Origin: Haliotis rubra
Taxonomy: Eukaryota
NCBI RefSeq assembly: GCF_003918875.1
Contig: NW_025766968.1
Span: 7,626,001 to 7,690,000, forward strand
DNA: 64,000 nt
Direction: 5' to 3'
The position numbers and the translations under genes are program-made. Below, one piece after another: positions 22,018 to 34,900 of the stretch; position 1 is the stretch's first letter, and each line of letters opens with the position of its first letter. The notes beneath the pieces were generated by a model. That model was not told where the DNA came from. It made no database searches and saw nothing but the letters and a program-made list of their open reading frames with translations.

Positions 22018-25000
22018 TGTCTATGAAAGAAGTGATGCAGCGTTTGATAATGAAATTACTTCTCCCTTAAACAACAGGAAAGTTAACTGGGGGGAATCGA
22101 AGATATTTACCAGGCCTACCAAAGAAAACTGCCCCACTGTGCAGACAAACGCAGAAAAGCCCACATTAATCGTGGAAATAGCAACATTAACATATTACCT
22201 CGTTACTGAAACAGTAAAAACGGCAAAGAAAGACTATGAAACTGCAACATTTTTATATCAGCGAACTTTGACCTCTACTGCGCATGCGCGTTACAATCCG
22301 CGCTATTTCAAATTTCCGAGCAACCGTGAATCGCCTCGCGTAGAAAAGTATTGAATATGTCGAAATAATTACTGTCAATCATTTAATACGAAAGTAAAGT
22401 AAGCTAAACAAGTGTGCACACAAGCATGATGATGATAAATGCCAAATAACACAACAAAAATACCTAAAAAAAGGAAATGTAACTTTTGTCCAAGCTGGAA
22501 AATGTCAATATGCAGTCGACACGTTGCAAACGCTTTGTTTTTTTATCCAGTTTTAGATTTAAAGTTACCGTTTTTACTGTTTCAGTGGCGAGGTATTATG
22601 TTTATGTTGCTATTTCCACGATTAATGTGGGGAAGTTTTCCTTCTTAGGCCTGTTTACTCTTATTGATGGCATGATTTGGACGCAAGCAAATATGTTAAA
22701 AAAGAGAGTAAAAAGCGGCGTTAAACCCAACTCACTCACTCACTCACTCACTCACTCACGGCTCACCTTAAGTGAATCCCTTCAGCAAATGAGTAAGTGA
22801 GTATTATAGTGCGGCGTGACGTTAAAATCCATTACAAGTAATTGCCATCTCAGATACCGGGTCGGCAAAACACCACAACAAACAAACCCACGTCAGATTC
22901 ACGTACAACACAAACCGGTATAAATCAATCTCTCCAGCCATCCGTATCGGCAAAATCCGATCATTACGGGACTACACGTTTATCGATTACCAGTGGCCTA
23001 CATGCGCTGAAACAGAACGCACTTCACTGACTACCTATGCGTGCGGTTCGTCAATTCAATCCAAACTGTATTCAGACAGTGGGAACAGCCCACAATACCG
23101 AGACGAGCCGGCCTCATTCAGTCTCTAAACTCGGCCTATCCATTGTATACACGTTGTCAAGGTGCCTTTCTTCTTTAAATGTGAAACAAGAAATGATATC
23201 GTTGAACCTTAATGACATGCCGAGATTGGTCATATCCGAGGAATATGTGTTCAGGACGTTAAAGGATATTTCAGCTGACAATTGTTTGAGAATCAGCATG
23301 CACAGGTAAGCTCGTGAACGCTACTACCTGTATTGGTAAAAGTGTATGTATGTTATGCTTCAATGTGTACGTGTTTTCTTGATACTTGGTTATAGAACGG
23401 CTATTAATGTTTACCATATAATAGGTTGTTGTCGCGGCAGGATAAGCCAACTGATGGGATCGGTATCTGTTTGGGTCATTTAAAGATGCAAATATGAAAG
23501 GTCAAGAAAGGAGTCTCAGTGTTTAGAAACAAACATGGCGCCGGACATGTCAGTAAGCGATCGTGTCGGAATTAACCATCGGGAATCTTGAGAAGTGACT
23601 CGAATAATTGGTATAATTTTCACATCAACAGTCCTAGATAATGATTTCAGTGCCTACCTAGGACGTAGCTTGGTCATTTTACAGCTTCGAGGCATATTTA
23701 AATTGCGAAACAATTCGACGATTACATTGTCATTTGCCAAGCGGGATCATTTTCCATATCCATCCCGTCTATCTGCAACTTTCGGCCTTTCCCCGCATAT
23801 AGAACTCTTGAATTAGGCTCGAATATATGGCGGATTTGTGCACTTTGGTTCATTATGTTGTCTCTTGTGCACCTCACTCTGCACGGTAGGAAAGGCATAC
23901 TCCAAAGAAACGTCACATCTCGTAGAGTAGCTTCCCTTCAACAAAGGGCGGTTACTCTAGCGAGCAGATCAATGGAGTACCGCGAAAGACACGTGGAAAC
24001 AATGCGTGTAGGCAATAGTTGTTTTGAATATACGTCGTTACATCACTGTCTAAGAACGGTTGGAACAATGCTGACTGTTGACACTGTCCGACTCAAACAT
24101 CACCGATCTTTTGGCGTAATATATATTAATGTGCACATTCAAGGAAAACTTGCAATGCATAGGTAATGTTTGTGAGGTTTAAGAAGATTTTCACACAACA
24201 GACTGACATTATGTGATAAAGTGGTATTGACGCTTGTGTGTTTTGAGATGGTAAATATCTTGCATTTGGAAGCAACACTATGTTCTTTTCGTAACGCAGA
24301 AAATTCAACATTCCAAAACACTCTCGCATTAGAACCTCTCTATCTGGACAACAATCCCAAGTTGTCAGGTACAGATAACGTTGGGCATAAATAGATCTGA
24401 GAGTTTCATTATATTCAAGCAATTACTTTCTTTTGTTGTAGGCAATGATTTGCTATACTGGACTTCAATATACACTTTGAAGACAAAGTTCTTGTCGTTA
24501 TGTAGCTTTGAAATTCTTTATTGTTTTTTTAAGAAAATTCTTTAACACGTTCCAGGACGAGGTATTGTAGCTATATGACGTCGGTCAGAAAATATTTTGT
24601 TCTGGACTAAACAATCCAGCATTTTATATATGGACTTGACAATCCACTGATTGATATATTAAGCCAAATGCCACCCCAGTTCGGGTATGATGACATACAA
24701 CTAAGGAGTCACGCACTCAGCAAAGTGAGTGAGTATGGTGTTTCGCCGCTTTTAGCAAAATTCAAGCATACATCACTAGGCTACCTCACCATCCAGCAAA
24801 AACTCATGACCCTGTCGCCTCTTATCACAAGGCAATGTTTTTAGATTGCTGGAGATGTGTTCTGACATTCAAGCATGGCGTGCACTAAATAGGTTACCCC
24901 GTGCAAGTTAATACGTTTTAAGGCGGAAGGCAAACACACAGGTCCAGTGTACGGTGATCAAAAGGTACATGTTTAAGAACAGTTCACTTTACGATCCTGT

Positions 25001-25957
25001 TTCTATTCATACAAAACCATGAACATAGACAAAGCCGTCCTGTCTTGAATGAAACCATACCAATGTGTTGCTCGACAAACATGTACAGATGGATTTGGTT
25101 TCCTCGTAAGTAGGAAGCAAAACCTCTGTAAGTAGAAATCCAAAGGGTCTTTATTTGTTAATTAAAAATTACACACCATTTATCAAAGGTGAATGCTAGA
25201 ATATATATTTTTATTATAATTAATAATATTTCTTTCGAAGGAAATAGAGTGGAGATGTTTGGTGATATTGATTTAGATAAACAAACTTGCCAAAGGGCTA
25301 TGAGATGAGTATATACAGGAAGTTCCTTCGTTCGAGGTGTTCTTGAACTTAATATTTTCTTCGTGTCTCTTTCATTCTTTCCCATCTATATAGTTTACAA
25401 AATGCAGATTGACTGAAAGAGATGAAAAAGCAATCTTAAAGCGGAGAATTAAACGTTATAACTTAACTTAAATAGAACATGATGGTAAAGCATGGTAAGG
25501 TGTGCTAACAGGTGAACATAACACACACTAACACACACACACACACACACACACATGGGGAAAGAAATATCTCTTCTTAACACCAGATACTTACTCCAAA
25601 TAGTTTAATATACTGGATACATGTATATGTACGAGTAATGTAATATTGCATTTACAGCAATTGTTTTAGGCTGTGGGTAAAATTGTAAAACTGGCTTACC
25701 ATTGTGTTAGACCACTTAATGAGTTTGGGACTTGAGCATGTGCTTGCTGAGAGCACATGCCTTGAAATGCATGACCTCTGTGCAGGTGTGGACGGGTAAC
25801 ATTAGGCCAGTTAATGATAATGTTAGAACCTTAAACTAAATGGTAATACCGGTAATACAAATTGGGGACTTAATGTCAGTGAAAAATTATTCCATCTTTG
25901 GGAAAATGAGTGAATTGTGACCACGACATTTCTTTAATTGCCAGGTAACACTTCAAA

Positions 25958-28900
25958 ATGGGCAGTTCAAGTAGCGCGTCAAGGCCACCACGCAGTGTTT
26001 CCCACAAAGACCCCAGAAGTCCCATCCGACATTCAAGACATGACGCGGGAACCATGGAAACAGCCGCTAGCGACGACAAGACACAGACGATGGATCTTCT
26101 ACTTCCAGCATATAACGAAGATGACGTCAAAACGGCCCAGAACCTGCAGAAAGACCACCCAGAGTTGTTCTATGTGTTTGAAAAAATGCACGCACTTGTA
26201 GAGAAGCTAGAAGAGAATCAAAAGTCCCAATGGCAGTGGATTGAACTCGAGGAAAGTATTGAATCCAGCATGGAAAGTTCATATTTTGATCATTATGAAA
26301 AGAAGCGGATTTTGGGGAGGTACATGGCCTTGCTTCGAGCTGCAAATCCCTTTACCGAGGCATATGGTGATGCACTTGGTGAAGCCGGTCTCACAGCATT
26401 CACTGCCAGAACTGTTAAATCCCACGCAGCAGATGCGCCTCTTGGGTTCCTCGTCACGCTGAGATCAGTGTTGCTGAACTATACTGATTCCAGTTTATAC
26501 TTCTGTGAAAAACTTGCTGATAGTGGTATCTTCAAATATTTTGTTGACGATCTAAAGCAATCCCGTGAACATGTGGCGGACTTCGATGATGTGAGTATAT
26601 ATTCTCTGTTGTATGTTCTCAGCTTTCAATATTCTAAAACATCTAGTATATTTCACCTTGATCACATGAACTTTACAGATTTACGTTTAACATATTGTTG
26701 TAGTGAAGTAACATTGAGATCCTATCCAGCAAGACACCAGCAAAACCACATGATAAACACCAGTTTAAATACTATCAACTAAAACCGGACTGAACTTGTG
26801 TTTTTGTGGACTAAGGNNNNNNNNNNNNNNNNNNNNNNNNNNNNNNNNNNNNNNNNNNNNNNNNNNNNNNNNNNNNNNNNNNNNNNNNNNNNNNNNNNNN
26901 NNNNNNNNNNNNNNNNNNNNNNNNNNNNNNNNNNNNNNNNNNNNGGGGGGTCACCCATTTTGTTCTGGGGAGCTGGGGGGTCATCAATTTTGTACACACG
27001 TACTGGGTGTGTGTGTGTCTCCATAAAAATCATCATCACCCCCCCTAGCCATAAACCATGAACGGTCCCTAATTCAAACGTCAATTATTCAAGAGGCAAT
27101 GAGATTTCCGGTCTTTACATCTCTTGAAATGGGGTTGAGTATTACCGTAACACTTCTCACACTGGTAAAGCTGATTCAGCCGTTGTCTAACAACTTTCAC
27201 ATCTCTCTGTAAGGGGGCCGACGATTGTTTTGTCGCTTCCATTGGGGTGCTGTACAACTCTGCCCGAAATCCTGCCATCAGACAGACTTTAAGGAACCTG
27301 GACACCGTGTCTGTTCTCTTGCCATTCCTTAAATCCAAATCCGAAAGTAGGTATTGGTGCTTTTTGTTTCTCAGTTATCCTCCTGTAAATATGAACTCAT
27401 TATCACACATTTTTAAAGATGATGTCATCCGTTGGTTATGACTTCACTAAGATTTAATTAACGTCTTCCTAACAATTTCTCCAGTGAAAGCAGAAAATAA
27501 ATACTTCGGATAATATAAAGAATAACAATAACATACGACCTATGCAGAATCACAGTTACTTTAATGAACATTATGAATTTTCGTTGACATCTCTCTCCAA
27601 GGATCGTTGTTTACAACATCATTTCACTCGGGAGAGATAATCCGTACCTGTCATTCTCTGGGTATATTGTATGGCAATTACGTCCATGTTTACAACGTCT
27701 CACTTCTTGTGTTGCAGAGGTGCGGATGTTGGTTCTTCTCAGTCTCGCTAATATGTTGGATGAAGACCAAAACGACCTTCTTTTGGCTGATGATTCTGTG
27801 TTTGACTTCATTCTGTTTGTATTGGATCGAGCCTGGAAATATTCAAATCATCGATTCGATGGCTTCAGTGTTGAAGAATTGATAGATGGAATGACAGGGT
27901 TGGCCAAGAATGACTCCAACAAGACTCTGCTGGTGAAGAAGGGGGTGTTGCCAAAGATGATGCTTGTGATAAAGAACAGCAGCAGTGGTGAGGAGATCGA
28001 GAAGGCTGTCAAGTGTGTTTGGGAACTGTCTTTTAACGAAGAGAACAGGAAAGATTTCAATGTATGTACCATTCGGGTGTTGGGTGTTGAACGGGAAACT
28101 TGATTCATAAACAATTTTTTGAGGTCGTCAGAACCTTTGGATTGGAGAGTAAGGGTTTTGCAAACGTACCTCTATTTTCAGAACAGTTCAGCCTTTATTA
28201 AATTTATCCTTTGTTTAGATATATAATTGTTTTAAGAACTAACATATGCCTACGTTGTGTTGACTGCCAAGACACAGGAGTCAGTACATGAATCGCCAGG
28301 CAGTAGGAGAGTAGGAGCAGGAGATGGGGCCCGGGTTCCCCGCCAATGTATTCCTTGAAGATACAAACGAAGTCATGTCATACTCAGGCATGCCCTGTTA
28401 CTAGGATTATTGGGAATCCAAATCCAATTGTGTCCTCTGCATTTAAAGGTTACGAATGCATTTGTACGATGTGATCATTGACTAAAGTCTAGAACTCGTT
28501 GTTCTTACTCGTATATGATTTACAAACGAGCATGAAAAGTCATGAGATAGCCATTGAATATAAATTAATCAAAAGATTGTTTGAACTTCATGATCCTTTT
28601 ACAGGAAAACAAGGAGCTAATGGATTTACTAAGGAAGTGTAAGAATTCCTCGGATAAGGCCGTCGCCAAAGCAGCAGAAGGAGCTCTTTGGGTTCTGCAG
28701 ATGAAGACAAAAGACGGTATGATGCACTATAATAGTACCCCCTTCCCCTTTAGTGTGGTAAATGTACCGCGCACCTACCGCTGTGGTAAACCGAAGCTTC
28801 CGTATGAAATGTATGGGGCAAACAGTGCCCACCCGTCGATAAAATTACAAATCACTCACAGTCACGGTTTATATCTATCGTTATCTATGTCACCATATCG

Positions 28901-31900
28901 CAGTATCAGTTTGTGGATAGTCTTGTTTGCTCTGTGAAGAATTTACTATGCATCACTGCCATTTGCATATCACGTGATCGGGCTTTTCTCCTCGTGGGGA
29001 TCCTCCCATTACGCAGACAGGCAGTTCGCAGACACCTTAAAACAACAACATTTACAGATAAGTTGCTACCTGTTACCTACACATTATAATGGGATAGTCC
29101 AAATAAAAACAGAAAAAAACTGGAGCTATATTATTTACTTTGAAAGATGACGGAAAATACATGTCATTAATTTGAATTCTGATTGCTGCAACATAAAAAC
29201 TGTTGATTTTCGTAAACATTTGGGTTTAACGTTCTCATCATTATTATATTGAAAACATTGTCAAAAACCCATCTAAAATGATTGGAGCATTTCAGAAATT
29301 AAAGTTCTTACTAAATAGAACAACACCAGGTTTTCTTCAGGATTTACTGCCACCTGTAGTAGGCAACCGGACAAGCTATGAGTTAAGAAGTTCCAATAAT
29401 TTCTAGCTAACCATGTACAAGACTGAGGCACTCAACATCATCTTTTTTTCCACCAGCAGTTAAAATGTGGAATAATATTCCCTTAGCTATCAGAAATTGC
29501 GACTCTGATGCATCACTTAAATCTTGTGTCCACATGAAAGAAAAATGTACACCTAAATATTATTCATATGGAATAAGAAGGTTAAATGTTTTGCACACAA
29601 GATTAAGATATAAGATATATGCACTTAATTATGATTTATTTAGAATAAATATAACAATATGACGCATCATGTCAACGTGGCCATGGATGTGAGAATGTTT
29701 AACATTACTTCCTTGAATGTCCATTGTATACTATTCAAAGACATAAACTGTTACAATCTTTAGAAAGTGTTGTTAAAATTAGAACACTGATTGGTATTAA
29801 TCTTATCTTTCATGGCAATGCAGGTCTCTCAGTTACTGACAATCAGAATGTTTTCAAATATGTACATATCTATATCTCTCAAACAAATCGTTTTCTCGGT
29901 TAACTTTTGTTGTACATATTCTGTTATTGGGAGAGGGCTTTTCTAAGTAGGAAAACTTGTGCCCAATCCTTTTCTCGAATGAATAACATATGTTTCAATC
30001 AATAAACACAATCAAACCTCTCAGTGACAAACCTGTTTTTATATTCGATAATAATTGATAGTAAAAACAATTTGGAGAAGAGAAGACAGATTATCATTTG
30101 ATCACAACAAAAGTCTATTTACACACAATCAAACTTCTCAGTAACGAACCTGTATGGGCTCACCCTACTCTACTCACCATGGGAGGACTGTTCCATTATA
30201 CCCGTAGGTGTTACCCTAATTAACCTACTAGTTCAGTGTCTTTCAATCGACTGTCTGTCAAATGGGTGTATGTCAATTGGGAGATAACCTCCTCGTGCAA
30301 ACAAGCCACCATTACGGAAATTTGAGCAGGTCTTGCTAATGGCCAAGCGTGGTTTACTGATTACAGATATTTCGCGACACTCGCATGCCAATGACCGTAT
30401 TGTTTGCTTTCGAAAGAGTACGATATGGAAGCACACAGCCTGTGTAAACAAAGAACACATCTAACATTTGAAACAATATGTTCACGTTTCATATGCCGTC
30501 AATGAAATTAACCTATTCATGATAAATGTTAGTCTAAATGTGGCGACCTTTCAGAAACACGATTGATGACAATCATAGTTTATTGAATGGATTGAGAAGA
30601 CCTGACGAATCGTCACATTTCCTTGACTGGTCCCAGTGGCACTAGCTTGACTGCCAGGATCTCTGGGTGGAAGAGCGGAACATTATTGTGAACAGTACTG
30701 TAATTCAGTCGATCAGATATGTGGATTGTAAGGATTAGTAGATTCTTCAAACAATGTAATATTTCTTAGATCGTGGTTGTTTTATTTACCCCAGAAAACA
30801 AGAAAAATCTCAAAGAAGACAAGAAAGACATATCCGGTCACGTGATGATTAGTTACAACTGGGGCGACCAGAAGACGCTTCTCCAGGCAAGTAGGGGTAA
30901 TTCTTGCGGATCGTCATGTTCATGACGTAGAACCGTCTTAACATACATAGGCGGATCCATAGGGAGGGTGCAGGGGTGCGCAACCCCACCCCACCTTTTG
31001 TACAGAAAGTTTATTAAAAGACCATTGAAACTCGAGAGAAAATGGGTAAAAATGAACTGTGCACCCCCCATCCCCTTTCTGAACTGCCCTATCCCCCTTT
31101 TTTCCAAAAACTGTATCCGCCCCTGACATGGTAAACTACCGTATTTCTCCATTTATTTTATCAACGGACTTTCAGACCCGGCGCTTATTGCGCTTACTGG
31201 GTGTAATTAATATGACTAAAGGGACCATTCCATAATAAATCTACTTCTTTATCAAGGGAGAATACATTTATGAAAAAACCGTACCCGCCGCTTATTAGAG
31301 TCTCGGCGCTTTTTAGAGGAAATAGGGTACATATAACATCAACAGGTGCCCAATATACAATGTACAGCTCATCTAACGGATAGGATTCGATTGGGTGTAA
31401 AACGCAAATTAGGTGAAAATGTGCACTTGTGAATGGATCACTGAACCTTAACGAGGACATCATGTATTACCGACAACAGTAACCAACTAACTGGTCAAGT
31501 TCATTTTAGCAGGGGGTAGAACAGGTCAGATCAGTGTATTACCATTAACTTCACTTTCTTATCACTGGACCGTATCATGTTGTTTTAACCTGTAGGCAGT
31601 TTGGAACTGTAGGCAGTATGGGAATACACCGGCGTCTTGTCCTATCTGTAGCACCCGTCTCGGTTAGGGATACAACAGCGCTTGGAATACACGCTTGATG
31701 GTCACAATTGCCATTTATGGTTCGTGTGTGTGTGTGTGTGTGTGCGTGCGTGCCGAACTTTGATGTGTGTGTGTGTAGTGCTATTTCAAATGAAGAATTC
31801 TAAAAGTTAAGCGTTCATCTTATCATATGTCGAAATGACATTGTTTTCAGCGAATATATTGATAGTTCTAATACGAAAAAATATCGTTGTCAACTTGTAC

Positions 31901-34900
31901 ATGCTTTCTACCAGGTGAAGGAACTACTGAAGGCTGACGGTTATAATATTTGGATGGACGTCGACAACATGGGAGGGTCCACACTGCAGGCGATGGCGGA
32001 GGCCGTTCAGAACGCTTCTGTGGTGTTGGTGTGTATGTCGGAGAGATACAAAGAGAGCCAAAACTGTAGATCAGGTAAACTGTCACAGAACGGATGTATA
32101 AATTTGTTTGTTTGTTGTCGCTAAGCAATATCCCAGCTATATGGCGGCGGTCTGTAATTAACCGAGACTGGACCAGACAATCCAGTGATCAGCATCATGA
32201 GCATCAATCCACGCAAATGGGACATGTCAGCGAGCCTGACCACCCGATCTCATTAGTTGCCTCTTACGACAAGCATGGATTGCTGGGGTGAGGTGAGGTG
32301 AAATTGGGGTTAACGTCGTGCTTGAGAATATTTCGCTCATATGACGACTTGCATGCGTGTGTATGTGTATGTGTGTGCGGCTGCTTGTACTAGCCCAGAC
32401 TTAAGCTGGTTTTATAGTGCTAGCCCACTGAGATACCATGCCGCAGTGAAGCATGAATACCCCACTCAGACACATTATACTGACTCCGAGCCGACCAGTC
32501 CTTGTTGTACCCATTAATGCCGATCGCCAGGCAGGGACCAACAAGTACCATATTTTAACGTCTTTTGGTATGACGCGGCCGGGGATCGAACCCGCGACCT
32601 TCCGCTCTCCGGGCGGACGCTCTAACCACTACACCACAGAGGCGGTCGGTGTGGATTGCTGAAGACCAATAGTAACTCGGATCTTCTCTACAGTGTGCGA
32701 AATAGTTTTCGAAGTTTGCTAGTCAGTCGGGCTAGCGATGCCTGAAAGTTACTAGCAGACAAGTGGACACGGGTTTCATAATTTAGCTGCTAATATGATG
32801 AACATTTTTATCAGGCCATAATCTTGTATGTTTTTTAAAGTGTATTATATCTTAAAAAGTCGGAGAGAGTGATATATTTACAAAATGACCCTAATGAAAA
32901 TTCACTAGCCAGTCGGACTAGTGACTGTGGAGATTTACAGGCCCGACTGGATTTTTACTAGCCACGAGCTAGCGGGTCAGTGGCTATTTCGCACACTGCT
33001 TCACGGGTTTATAACTTTGTACTCGTTGATATATCGACAACTGTATAGTATGGGAAAATATACATAGGAGCAAATCAACCCTTCGAAGAGTTGTTATAGA
33101 GGTATAGAATGATTGAGTGGTTAAGTTTTCATTGTTCTTACGTTATTGCCTAAATAAACAAGTTTAATCATAAATAAAATGAAAGTGGATGCTTGATTTA
33201 AGGTACAGAAGGATGCTTTCTACATGTAGGTTGCATTCAGATGTCCCTTGACAATTCTAACATTATTACCTTCAGACGTTGTAATCGACATTTGCCCATG
33301 TAATTTACTCTGGCATATACCTACACAATAACCGTTAATCGCGTTAATCCCTGTAGCCAGGCACACATTGACAGCGATCAGATAATCTGTTATTCCGAGG
33401 TTATTCTTCATATGACTCATAATATTATATATTTTTGAGAACTAAATGCAGAACCAATGTGTGAAAGGTCAGCCGTACAGAGATCCATCACTGACGTTAG
33501 CCTATTTGTCCTATGTTAGCGGTGCTTGATATATACTGAGAGAGAAAAATAAAGGATGACAGGGAAATTTACGCGTTCTTTAATATTTTTCCAGTTTTCA
33601 TCACCAGCTTTGAATAGCGCTGTGGTGATGAAAACTGGAAAATAATAAAAGGAACGCTTGAATTTTCCTGTGATCCTTTATTTGTTTCTCTGGTGTCCTC
33701 CAATTACGCAGACAGCCAGTTCGCAGACACCTTAAAACAACAACATTTATGGTTCAGTGAACAGATTATCTCCTACCTGTTACCTACATATTATAATGGA
33801 ATAGTCTGCAAATCAGAATGTTTTCAAATATGTACCTATCTATATCTCTCCAACAAAACGTTTTCTCAGTTAACTTCAGTTGTACATATGCTATTATTGG
33901 GAGGGGTCTTATCTATCAATAAACACAATCAAACCTCTCAGTGACAAACCTGTCTTTATATTCGATAGTAATTGATAGTAAAATCAATTTTCAGAAGAGA
34001 AATCATTTATCATTTAATCACACCAAAGTTCTATTTACCCACAATCAAACTTCTCAGCAACGAACCTGTTTCAGGCTGACCCTGCTCTACTCACTAGACA
34101 GTGGACTGTTCCATTATACCCGTAGGTGTTACCCTAATTAACCTTCTAGTTCAGTGTCTGTCAATTGGGTGTCTGTCAATTGGCAGATAACCGTTTCTCT
34201 CAGTATATTTCCACCTGTATATGTAACTACATGCTCTTGTAACCAGGCTTGGTGGAGTAACCTCGTGGTTAAAGCGTTGGCTCGTCACGCCGAGGGCCCG
34301 GGTTCGATTCCCCACATGGGTGCAGTATGTGAAGCTCATTTCTGGTGTCCCCCGCCGTGATATTTCTGGAATATTGCTAAAAGCGGCGTAAAACCCAACT
34401 CACTCACACAGTAACACCAAAAATGGGTACAGGGTGTGAAGCCAATTTCTGGTGTCCCCCGCCGGGATCTTGCTGTTATATTGCGGCGTAAAACTAAACT
34501 CACTCATTCTGACATTATCAGAAATATTTCCCTTTCTTCTCCAGAGGCAGAGTACGCATTCTCGCTACAGAAGACCATCATCCCCTTATTGATGCAGAGG
34601 GAGTATAAGCCAGATGGTTGGTTAGGGATGATAAAAGGAACCAAGCTTTTCTTCGACTTCAGCGGAAAATACGACTTTAATAAGAAGTTGATAGAACTCA
34701 GCAGAGAGTTAGGAGAGAGAGGCAAGGGTCTTGAAGCTGATGCTGTTGATGTAAGTTTCTTGGTTGTTTATGAGAACATAGCTTATTTTGTTTCTGTTAA
34801 ACAGTGAATCAGTTGTCTAATGAGTAACTGTCGGAGTAACAGGAAGACTACGCTGTATATTCTCATTCGATATACATGTGCATGATACAAAGTTCCTGTA

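Larger units (their letters stand above)
32105..33008 (-). mobile_element. Family-2 retroposon hosting two nested insertions
   Basis: Pieces 32105-32285, 32652-32690 and 32999-33008 rejoin into one copy. Confidence 0.8.

Noticed and set aside
29465-29662. 65-aa ORF as a nested gene
   Set aside because: Remnant of a frameshifted LINE ORF2.
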